From: a virus
Lineage: Duplodnaviria > Caudoviricetes
DNA length: 50,908 nucleotides
Reading direction: 5' to 3' (one strand)
Virus record (IMG/VR): IMGVR_UViG_3300024279_000010
Coordinates: 1 to 50,908 of that record
Part shown: piece after piece, positions 43,481 to 50,908 of the stretch
Position numbering within the stretch: position 1 is the first letter of the stretch
How the letters are laid out: every line of letters starts with the position of its first letter
Translations under genes and position numbers: made by a program
The notes under the pieces: model-generated
The model's input: only the letters and a program-made list of their open reading frames with translations
What the model was told of the DNA's origin: nothing
Databases searched by the model: none

Positions 43481-44905
43481 ATGGACTCAGAATTAATTGA
43501 AGTCGCTCGCGGAGTGATCCGGGACACTGGTAAGTGTTCGGCCAGAACATTTCAAAAGCGACTTAGAATCCCATACGCAACCGCTGTTGAACTTCAGGAT
43601 GAACTTGAGGGACCGTATGAGCTGGAAAGACAAAGCAGTAATCCGGATTCTGTTATTCATCGCTTCGATGCTGATCAGCGAAGATCACAAAACGGAATTC
43701 CGGAACCTATCGAATCATCTCAAAATCATCTCAACAAACGGGGAGCGGTAATGGAACCGAATAACGATCATGCTTTTCTTCCCCCATCTGGGGCTTCATC
43801 TTGGCTCAAATGCGGAATGTGGGCCACGATGAACAAGCGGTTCCCTCAAGACGAAAGCGCGGAAGGCATTGAGGGAACCGCGGCGCATTGGGTTGCATGG
43901 GAGATCTTAGCAGGCCGGCCGATTTCAACGGGGATCAAAACTCCCAACGGTCAAATCGTAACTGAAGAGATGCTTGAAGGCGGAGAGCTAATCACGGATG
44001 TAATCCGGGAGAGAATGCCGCAAGGGGGATTACCTCCGTTCGGATTGCAAATCGAACAGAAACTTCCCATCTTCTCAATCAGCCCGCATTGCTTCGGAAC
44101 TCCCGATTTGTGGGCTCTCCCTTCAACTGTCCACATTGAGATTTTTGATTACAAATTTGGTCACAGATTTGTGGATGAATTCTGGAACCCTCAAGGGCTT
44201 TGCTATCTCTCCGGGATCGTTGATTTCCTTACAACGATGAAAGCTGTTCGGCCGGATATTGAGGGTTACATGGATGTGAGTTTTACCGTGATTCAGCCGC
44301 GTTGCTTCTACAAAGGGGAGCCGGTTCGAACTCATACGTTCAAGCTCACAGATGCACGCTCTTACTGGAACCAGCTTGCGAACGCGGCTGAATCGTCTAT
44401 GCTTCCGGAGCCTACAGCCACAACAAACGAGAATTGCGGAGATTGTGCCGGCCGTCATGCTTGCCAATCGTTGCAGATCGCCGCTTATGCTGATGCGGAG
44501 TATTCGAATAAGCGAACTCCGCTCATGCTGTCTCCAGTTGCCGCGGCGCTAGAGCTTCGAATTCTAATGCGCGCGTTAGATCGGATTCAAGCTCGCGTTG
44601 ATGGTTTGAAGGAACAGACCATTTCGAATATTCGCGCTGGAAAGCAAGTGAACTATTTCCGCGCGGAGCCCGGTTTCGGCCGGCAACAATGGACTATTCC
44701 GGAAGCGCAAGTTATCAGCATCGGAAAATTATTCGGCGCTGAGCTTGCGAAACCGGGAGTTCTCACACCAAAGCAAGCGGAGAAAGCCGGCGTTGATGCC
44801 GGGATTGTAAAAGCGAACAGTTTCGTTCCATCAACCGGCTTCCGTTTGGTTGCCGAAAATCCGAATGATGCTCCGCGAACCTTTGCGACGTTGGAGGAAA
44901 AATGA
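43481..44905 (+). CDS. Cas4-like PD-(D/E)xK exonuclease (DUF2800-like) with N-terminal FtsK-gamma-like wHTH
   Basis: HAFLPPSGASSWLKC, EGTAAH, FGTPD, DYKFG, CGDC...C; internal start at 43751. Confidence 0.85.
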   Translation: MDSELIEVARGVIRDTGKCSARTFQKRLRIPYATAVELQDELEGPYELERQSSNPDSVIHRFDADQRRSQNGIPEPIESSQNHLNKRGAVMEPNNDHAFLPPSGASSWLKCGMWATMNKRFPQDESAEGIEGTAAHWVAWEILAGRPISTGIKTPNGQIVTEEMLEGGELITDVIRERMPQGGLPPFGLQIEQKLPIFSISPHCFGTPDLWALPSTVHIEIFDYKFGHRFVDEFWNPQGLCYLSGIVDFLTTMKAVRPDIEGYMDVSFTVIQPRCFYKGEPVRTHTFKLTDARSYWNQLANAAESSMLPEPTATTNENCGDCAGRHACQSLQIAAYADAEYSNKRTPLMLSPVAAALELRILMRALDRIQARVDGLKEQTISNIRAGKQVNYFRAEPGFGRQQWTIPEAQVISIGKLFGAELAKPGVLTPKQAEKAGVDAGIVKANSFVPSTGFRLVAENPNDAPRTFATLEEK

Positions 44906-45219
44906 TCGTTACAGTTAACAAAGAAACGAAGAAGTATTTGAAGGATCGGCTTCAACGGCTCGCTTCCGAAAAAAGCGTTTGGGGCTGGAGAAATGATGAA
45001 GTGAAACTTACCAGACCAGCCGCGGTTATTGAAGCTGAGAAGCGAATTAAGCGAGACTCGCGTATCGTGAATCGCTTCCAAGACAAAGAAAAGAAGTTCA
45101 ATGAACGGCGCAAAAACCGTAAACAGACGATGTGGGAAGCATGTCAAAAAGCGATCCACTTCGCCACACCAAAACAAGCGCTCGCCTTGCTCGATAAATT
45201 CGAGCGCACAAAGTTCTAA
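44902..45219 (+). CDS. Basic hypothetical protein
   Basis: GGAGG RBS, ATGA coupling. Confidence 0.65.
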   Translation: MIVTVNKETKKYLKDRLQRLASEKSVWGWRNDEVKLTRPAAVIEAEKRIKRDSRIVNRFQDKEKKFNERRKNRKQTMWEACQKAIHFATPKQALALLDKFERTKF

Positions 45220-45258
45220 GTTCCGCCCAACCCATCCGATTTGAGGAGAATTCACCAA

Positions 45259-46224
45259 ATGGCTGAAAGACAAGCAATCACTTCACCCGTTGGTCGTATC
45301 GTTGCCGGCTCGCTGTATAAGCCGAACACTACGGACTTTGACGGAAAACTGCTGGTTTACAAAACCGGCTCCGATGCAGGGAAAGCTCGCGTTCAATACT
45401 TCTTCGCGGTTGCGATCCCGAAGAACCCCGGCGAAACACATTGGGCTTATACCGAATGGGGTAAGCAAATTTGGAGCGTTGGAAACGTCGCATTCCCTCA
45501 AGCCGCTAAGCGTCCGGATTTCGCTTGGAAGATTGAAGACGGGGATTCAATGATTCCCAACAAGCGCAACCGCAAGCCGGCCGAACAGGAAGGTTGGCGT
45601 GGTTGCTGGGTTATCAAGTTTACTTCCAGCTTCGCTCCCACGATCTACCGGGAAGACAAAAGCTCTTCAAGCGGCTGGGGACAACTGACAGAGCCCGAAG
45701 CTGTGAAGCCCGGTTATTACGTTCAAGTTGCCTTCACAGTGGATGGGAACGGACAACAAGGGAACCCCGGCGTTTATCTCAACCCAAGCATGGTTTGTTT
45801 TCGCGCCTATGGTGCGGAGATTAGCTTTGGGCCAAACGTTGAGGATGCCGGGTTCGGCGCGGCTCCGTTGCCCGCTGGGGCTTCGTTGACTCCGCCCCCA
45901 GCCTCAACCCTTCCCGCGGCTCCTCCGCCCGCTGGGGCTTCGTTGACTCCTCCACCAGCGTCAACCCTTCCCGCGGCTCCTCCGGTTCCTGTGTATCCGA
46001 ACCCCGGATTCACTCAGGTTCCACCGCCAAACCCTTCCTATGCCGGGAATGCGGGAAGCCCATTGCCCCCCGCTGGTATACCGGCTCCCCTACCTTCTGT
46101 GATTCCTGTATCCCCTTCTAGCAAACGGATGACGGCCGCGGCCGCTGGTGTGAGTTACGAAGCTTACATTGCGGCCGGCTGGAATGATGCTCAACTAATC
46201 CAAAACGGATTGATGACCGTATGA
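45259..46224 (+). CDS. Single-stranded DNA-binding protein (DUF2815-like) with Pro-rich tail
   Basis: FAWKIEDGDS, GCWVIKF, PGYYVQV, GVYLN; GAGGAG RBS. Confidence 0.8.
   Translation: MAERQAITSPVGRIVAGSLYKPNTTDFDGKLLVYKTGSDAGKARVQYFFAVAIPKNPGETHWAYTEWGKQIWSVGNVAFPQAAKRPDFAWKIEDGDSMIPNKRNRKPAEQEGWRGCWVIKFTSSFAPTIYREDKSSSSGWGQLTEPEAVKPGYYVQVAFTVDGNGQQGNPGVYLNPSMVCFRAYGAEISFGPNVEDAGFGAAPLPAGASLTPPPASTLPAAPPPAGASLTPPPASTLPAAPPVPVYPNPGFTQVPPPNPSYAGNAGSPLPPAGIPAPLPSVIPVSPSSKRMTAAAAGVSYEAYIAAGWNDAQLIQNGLMTV
45870..45983 (+). repeat. 57-bp tandem duplication encoding (PAGASLTPPPASTLPAAPP)x2
   Basis: 45870-45926 and 45927-45983, differing only at a few synonymous positions. Confidence 0.9.
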
Positions 46225-46367
46225 TTGATATCCCCACTTTGCGCGCTCGCATCGCTGAATATGAACGATCAGGCAACGGCTCCAAATATGCTCCGGATAG
46301 CGTTCGCGCGAAGTGGGAGTTCGATCTAGCAGCTCTCAAACTATTGCTGTCTTTACTTGAGAAATAG
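46221..46367 (+). CDS. 48-aa hypothetical protein
   Basis: MIDIPTLRARIAEYERS...; ATGA coupling. Confidence 0.5.
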   Translation: MIDIPTLRARIAEYERSGNGSKYAPDSVRAKWEFDLAALKLLLSLLEK

Positions 46368-46377
46368 GGGGGAAGAA

Positions 46378-47208
46378 ATGCCGGCAAAACTGAACGTGGA
46401 AATGAAGCGGGACACAATTTACAAGTGCTATCCCGAAGAAATCGAGATCCGGCCGGAGCTGAACGGCCGTCACGAAAAACCGGATGTTGAATGGTTAATC
46501 GCGGACATTCTGAAACAAGGTCAATTGGAGCCCGTTGAGATCTGGAGCGATGGGGGAACTCCGGTACTCAGTTACGGATTCTCACGCTGGAGAGCTATCA
46601 GCGAGATTAACAAACGCAAGCTCACTCCGAAAAAGATGTATATCGAATGCCGTTTCAAAGCTCGTTGCAATGAGCAAATGGCATTCATCCGGAACATTTC
46701 TGAAAACCGGATGCGGAACCCTACCAGCCCGATTGATGATGCTTACAATATTCAGCGGCTCTTCGATTACACAATGGAAGAAGGGGACGTTGCGAAGATC
46801 TACTTTCCATTAGCAGCCACAGAAGAAGAGCTGAAGAAAGCGCTGAAATGGGTTCGCGAAACGGTGAACCTGATCAAGCTCACTCCGGAAGCTCAGCGAG
46901 CCATGCAAGACGGCCGATTGGGTGAAACCGCGGCGCAAGCAATCGCGAAGCTTTCCAGCGCTCAGCAAAAGGAAGCGTTGAGGGGCAAGGAAGGCAAGAT
47001 CACCGCGGCCGATATCAAAGCGAACGCACCCAAGAGCAACCGCGGCCGTAAGCTCGCGGAGAAGCCCATTGATAGCGAACTCCGCCGGCGGATCACAGCC
47101 GTTATCGAATCCGCTGATTGGGAAGAATACGATGAAAAGATTTCAAGCTTCATCGAAGTTGACGCGGCGCTCCTAGCAAAGCTGAAGAACTACATCGAAG
47201 AAAAATGA
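46378..47208 (+). CDS. ParB/Srx N-terminal domain protein
   Basis: ILKQGQLEPV...GFSRWRA...ISENRMR. Confidence 0.8.
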   Translation: MPAKLNVEMKRDTIYKCYPEEIEIRPELNGRHEKPDVEWLIADILKQGQLEPVEIWSDGGTPVLSYGFSRWRAISEINKRKLTPKKMYIECRFKARCNEQMAFIRNISENRMRNPTSPIDDAYNIQRLFDYTMEEGDVAKIYFPLAATEEELKKALKWVRETVNLIKLTPEAQRAMQDGRLGETAAQAIAKLSSAQQKEALRGKEGKITAADIKANAPKSNRGRKLAEKPIDSELRRRITAVIESADWEEYDEKISSFIEVDAALLAKLKNYIEEK

Positions 47209-47363
47209 TCGTCACAACTTTTTGGCGCTCAAAATTAATTCTGATGGAGCGTGAAATACTTCGCGCGTATGGAGTCCCTGAAGATAAGGTCATGAGCGCC
47301 GATGGATCTTACATGACGTGGGCATTTCTCAAAGGTTGGTTCTCTTGTCTTCGCCGCGGATAG
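47205..47363 (+). CDS. 52-aa hypothetical protein
   Basis: ATGA coupling with the ParB stop; overlaps the polymerase start region. Confidence 0.4.
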   Translation: MIVTTFWRSKLILMEREILRAYGVPEDKVMSADGSYMTWAFLKGWFSCLRRG

Positions 47364-49459
47364 CTGCTCCCCCTCAAGGGAAACCCGTAGCTTTCTACGA
47401 TACGGAATCCTATCCGAACGTATGGATGCTGAAGATTCGTCCCCAAAACGGATCGGTCTTCAGCTTCATAATTCGTTCTGGAGAATCCCTCTCCGCGGAG
47501 CAAATCCAGCGGATCGAATATCTGTTTTCCATCTTCCAAGTGATCAGCTTCAACGGGATTTACTATGACGTTCCCGTGATCTCCGCGGCGCTCGCCGGCT
47601 TCACTTGTGATCAGCTTAAATGGATCACTGATCAAATCATTGTGGCTGAAGTCAAACCTTGGGAATTAGGCATTCAGAATAACTGGAAGCCGTTCGATCA
47701 CATCGATATCATGGAAGTTCTTCCGGGCTCAGGAAGCCTAAAACAGTATGGCGCGCGCTTGCATGCAAAGCGGCTTCAGGATCTACCTTACGATCCGAAC
47801 CAATGGCTGAGCGAAGATCAGATTGCGAAGCTGGGAGAGTATTGCGAAAACGATCTTGATACGCTAGAGCACAATTATAAAGAAGCAATTCCACTTATCC
47901 AGATGCGCGAGCATTTAAGCGAACGCTATGGGATGGATCTTCGAAGCAAATCAGACGCTCAGCTCGCGGAAGCTGTTATTAAAAAGCGCTGTGAAGATGC
48001 GCTGAAAACTCGAATCTATAAGCCTGAGATCGATTGGAACCTTCAGTTCCGTTACGAACCGCCGCATTGGTTGAGCTTTCAGGATGAGGGGCTTCGCAAT
48101 GCTTTCGAGATCATCAAACAATCAATTTTCTTTCTGAATGGAGCCGGCCGCGTCGATATGCCGGCGCAACTGGAGAGTCTTGAGATTCCATTAGGGAAAA
48201 CCGTTTATAAGCTGGGGATTGGCGGATTGCATTCGAAAGATGAACGCGCCGTTTTTCTCTCTGATGAAATCCACACCATCCGGGACAATGACGTAGCGAG
48301 TTACTATCCCAGCTTAATTCTCATGTCTGGTAAGTATCCGCCGGCGCTGGGACCAGTGTTCCGCGAAGTTCTCCAGCTCATGAAGGATGAACGGTTGAGC
48401 GCGAAGAATCTGGAGAAATCCCTAAAGAAAGCCGGCGATACAGAGAGCTTAGAATTCACCATTGCTCACGTTGAAAATGAAGGCGGAAAAGTAATGATCA
48501 ACGGAACCTTTGGGAAAACTGGTTCGCCGTTCTCAATTCTGTTCGCTCCGGAGATGATGATTCAAACAACGATCACGGGACAACTCGCACTACTTATGTT
48601 AATCGAATGGCACGAAATACAACATATCCGCGTTGTGAGCGCCAACACAGACGGCTTTGTGATCTATTGCCGGCGGGATCAAATTCCCACGTCCGAAAGC
48701 ATCATCAAGTATTGGCAGAAAACAACTGGGCTCGAAATGGATAGCACGGAATATAAAGCTCTCTACATGAGAGACGTAAACAACTATTTCGCAATCAAAG
48801 ACGGAGAAGTAAAACGGAAGGGTGAATATGCAACCGCCGGGTTGATCGAAAAGAAAAATCCCGATGTTGAAATCTGTTCCGATGCCGTGGCTGAGTTCTT
48901 GGAAAAACGAACGCCAATTCTCTATTCACTCGCCGCATGTCGCGACATTCGAAAATTCGTCAGAGTTCAAAAAGTAACCGGAGGAGCTGTGAAGCTGTGG
49001 GGAGTGGGACCGCGGAAGGAAATGAAGGTTCGCGGGATGGATTCCATTCTTAAAGAGAACGGCTGGGAGAAAGATGGCCGGCGCTGGAAGCGGAATGGGG
49101 TTGAAGCGCTCGCGCGAGATGCTTATAAAACCTGTTTTCAGCCACAAAAGCCTGAGTTCTTGGGAAAAGTTGTCCGCTGGTATTATGGGACCAATTCCCC
49201 CGGATCGATCATTTACAACTCGAATGCAAATACTGTCAGTCTTTCCTATGGTGCTCAACCATGCATGACGTTGCCGGAGGAGTTTCCAAACGATATCGAT
49301 TACACATGGTATGTGGAAAACTGTGAGAGCATTTTAACTGACGTGGGCTTTTACGAAGCTCACTGTGAACGCTGTTATTCCGTGAAGCGCGATGGGATCT
49401 GTCAAAACTACGGATGCGAAGGAAGCTATGGTTCTCAGTTACGAAGAAATGTTTCGTAA
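47318..49459 (+). CDS. Family B DNA polymerase (start uncertain)
   Basis: YDTE exo I, FNGIYYD exo II, YCEND exo III; DVASYYPS, K..INGTFGK, SANTDG. Confidence 0.9.
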   Translation: MGISQRLVLLSSPRIAAPPQGKPVAFYDTESYPNVWMLKIRPQNGSVFSFIIRSGESLSAEQIQRIEYLFSIFQVISFNGIYYDVPVISAALAGFTCDQLKWITDQIIVAEVKPWELGIQNNWKPFDHIDIMEVLPGSGSLKQYGARLHAKRLQDLPYDPNQWLSEDQIAKLGEYCENDLDTLEHNYKEAIPLIQMREHLSERYGMDLRSKSDAQLAEAVIKKRCEDALKTRIYKPEIDWNLQFRYEPPHWLSFQDEGLRNAFEIIKQSIFFLNGAGRVDMPAQLESLEIPLGKTVYKLGIGGLHSKDERAVFLSDEIHTIRDNDVASYYPSLILMSGKYPPALGPVFREVLQLMKDERLSAKNLEKSLKKAGDTESLEFTIAHVENEGGKVMINGTFGKTGSPFSILFAPEMMIQTTITGQLALLMLIEWHEIQHIRVVSANTDGFVIYCRRDQIPTSESIIKYWQKTTGLEMDSTEYKALYMRDVNNYFAIKDGEVKRKGEYATAGLIEKKNPDVEICSDAVAEFLEKRTPILYSLAACRDIRKFVRVQKVTGGAVKLWGVGPRKEMKVRGMDSILKENGWEKDGRRWKRNGVEALARDAYKTCFQPQKPEFLGKVVRWYYGTNSPGSIIYNSNANTVSLSYGAQPCMTLPEEFPNDIDYTWYVENCESILTDVGFYEAHCERCYSVKRDGICQNYGCEGSYGSQLRRNVS

Positions 49460-49658
49460 GCAGTATCCAGATTGCCGGGTTGAAGAAGAGTTCGTTTCGC
49501 CAAATCTGACCCGGCATCACGTTATCGTTGGCGGATTCCACTGTAGCGAATCCGGCGTTCGGGAGATGGCTTTCAAATATGCTTTCGATGATATCCGGGA
49601 TGGAAAATTGAAGATCCCTCCAATGATCGAACAGCTTCACATGTGGCCTAAGTTATGA
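49428..49658 (+). CDS. Hypothetical protein
   Basis: GAAGGA RBS; ATGA coupling. Confidence 0.55.
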   Translation: MVLSYEEMFRKQYPDCRVEEEFVSPNLTRHHVIVGGFHCSESGVREMAFKYAFDDIRDGKLKIPPMIEQLHMWPKL

Positions 49659-50032
49659 GAATGCACGGAACGGATTCTTGTTACCGCGGGGGTTGCAAGT
49701 GCTTCGCATGCCGGCATGCTCATGCGGCCGCGGAAAATGATCGTTACCACAGACGGAAGAACGGTCCCATCAAACGTAAACAACCCACCATTACCGCTGT
49801 GAGGGATGAATATGAAGCAAGCTTTTTGTTCAGCTCACCAGACGGGGGACCAGATGTTTTGTACCCCTTGCGGGCTCGTTTGGGATCTCAACGATCCAGA
49901 ACCGCCGAAATGCCAAAGGAAAGAAGCGCCGCGGCCGGCTCCAGCGGAAACCAGACCAGCTCGCGCCGCAAAGAAGTACAAAGCGTACCGGCGCAAGATG
50001 CCGTCTCATATCCACGCTCAAGACTAGCTTAG
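49655..50032 (+). CDS. Hypothetical protein with N-terminal Cys/His motif
   Basis: HGTDSCYRGGCKCFACR; 3' half overlaps 49806-50027. Confidence 0.5.
   Translation: MRMHGTDSCYRGGCKCFACRHAHAAAENDRYHRRKNGPIKRKQPTITAVRDEYEASFLFSSPDGGPDVLYPLRARLGSQRSRTAEMPKERSAAAGSSGNQTSSRRKEVQSVPAQDAVSYPRSRLA
49806..50027 (+). CDS. Small Cys-containing hypothetical protein
   Basis: CSAHQTGDQMFC..CGLVWDLNDPEPPKC; GAGG RBS. Confidence 0.6.
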   Translation: MNMKQAFCSAHQTGDQMFCTPCGLVWDLNDPEPPKCQRKEAPRPAPAETRPARAAKKYKAYRRKMPSHIHAQD

Positions 50033-50748
50033 GGAGTGTGACGCGCGATTGCGGCCGTGATATCGATCAATTGCCCGCCTTTGGCGAGCGGAGCCTTCCA
50101 CCACGGAACAGGCTTCAGCCAATCGGCCGTTTCTTTATCGGCAACCTTGCGAGCATCGATCATAATCCCGTCAGCACTCGCTGTAACCCCTTGAACATGC
50201 CCTAACGCCGCGGAGAGATCTGGAGATTGAACCAGCGCGTCAAAGTGTTGAACCGCGAGCGTAGAAGCCTCTACAAGCGGCCGGCTCGCCGCGATGGTGC
50301 CGTTGAGCGTCTCAAGGTCCGTGCGAGCCTGCCTAGTGGCATCTGTGGCTGCGTCTATGGCTGTATTCGCATGGGTCGAAGTGTCGGAGATGGCTCGCGC
50401 GGCTCCCTCAATCAACGGCTGAGTCTGATTTACCTGAGTTTTCATCGCATCAACCGCTCCCCCAGCGCTTACAGCCACAGAGCGAACGGAGGGGATAAGC
50501 CCGCAAGTTTCCGGCTTGCCGGGCTTGCACGGCTTGAGCATCGCTATGGTTATGTCGCGAGCTTCGTTGAAGACGGTAGGAACCCCAGCGCCGGTTGGAC
50601 TAAGCGCCGCTTGCGCGCCGGCTGTAGCGGCTTGGATCGCCGGCCGATTCTCCCGGATGGCTGAGCCCATCTCAAATCCAGCCCAACCCAAAGTGAGAAG
50701 GGCTCCCATTGCTGAGAGCCCTAGAGCGTTTGAAATCCAGCGATTCAT
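50029..50748 (-). CDS. Membrane-anchored helical protein, possible spanin-like; last late gene
   Basis: N-terminal TM, long Ala-rich helical region, one Cys pair (PCKPGKPETCG). Confidence 0.6.
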   Translation of the reverse strand: MNRWISNALGLSAMGALLTLGWAGFEMGSAIRENRPAIQAATAGAQAALSPTGAGVPTVFNEARDITIAMLKPCKPGKPETCGLIPSVRSVAVSAGGAVDAMKTQVNQTQPLIEGAARAISDTSTHANTAIDAATDATRQARTDLETLNGTIAASRPLVEASTLAVQHFDALVQSPDLSAALGHVQGVTASADGIMIDARKVADKETADWLKPVPWWKAPLAKGGQLIDITAAIARHTP

Positions 50749-50756
50749 GCTGCCGG

Positions 50757-50908
50757 AGCTGTCTGAGCGCCGGCAATTGCGCCGGTAACGGCCGCAACGA
50801 GAGCGTTCAAGCTGGAAAGAGCTTTGCTGATGGCATTCTTCGCGCCGTCGCTCTTGATGCCCGCAACGGTTTCCAAGCTCGCCATATCACTCTGAACCGT
50901 GGATAATA
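50757..50908. repeat. Terminal direct repeat, right copy
   Basis: Matches 1-152 with one mismatch. Confidence 0.97.

Overview
The window is an apparently complete, circularly permuted genome of a contractile-tailed dsDNA phage (myovirus). The unit length is about 50,756 bp, since 1-152 is repeated at 50757-50908 with one mismatch. Gene content and order resemble Bcep781/Bcep1-type myophages. The minus strand (29954 down to 1, continuing through the junction to 50029) carries the late operon: terS, terL, DUF1073-type portal, gp7-like minor head protein, DUF2213 protease/scaffold, decoration protein, DUF2184-type capsid, neck genes, sheath, tube, GH108 endolysin, tail chaperone with a -1 frameshift, tape measure, baseplate, fibres and putative lysis genes. 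A plus-strand block of small early genes lies at 30.2-34.5 kb. Two divergent DNA-metabolism operons follow: leftward SF2 helicase, HNH, VRR-NUC, UDG-like, TetR-like, PAPS-reductase-like and primase-helicase; rightward Cas4-like exonuclease, SSB, ParB-like and family B DNA polymerase. I saw no integrase, CRISPR array, tRNA or reverse transcriptase. The most notable observations are: (1) two fibre/adhesin-type proteins with Sec-like signal peptides and neighbouring Cys pairs, suggesting export and periplasmic folding; (2) five TTGACA-N4-TGTCAA operators, three overlapping promoters and three around an RHH-like+RAMA gene, plus a second operator class; (3) two HiPIP-like Cys motifs fused to the prohead protease; (4) scattered candidate DNA-modification writers/readers; (5) a structured non-coding element between terS and terL. 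All family assignments come from reading motifs by eye, not from database searches.
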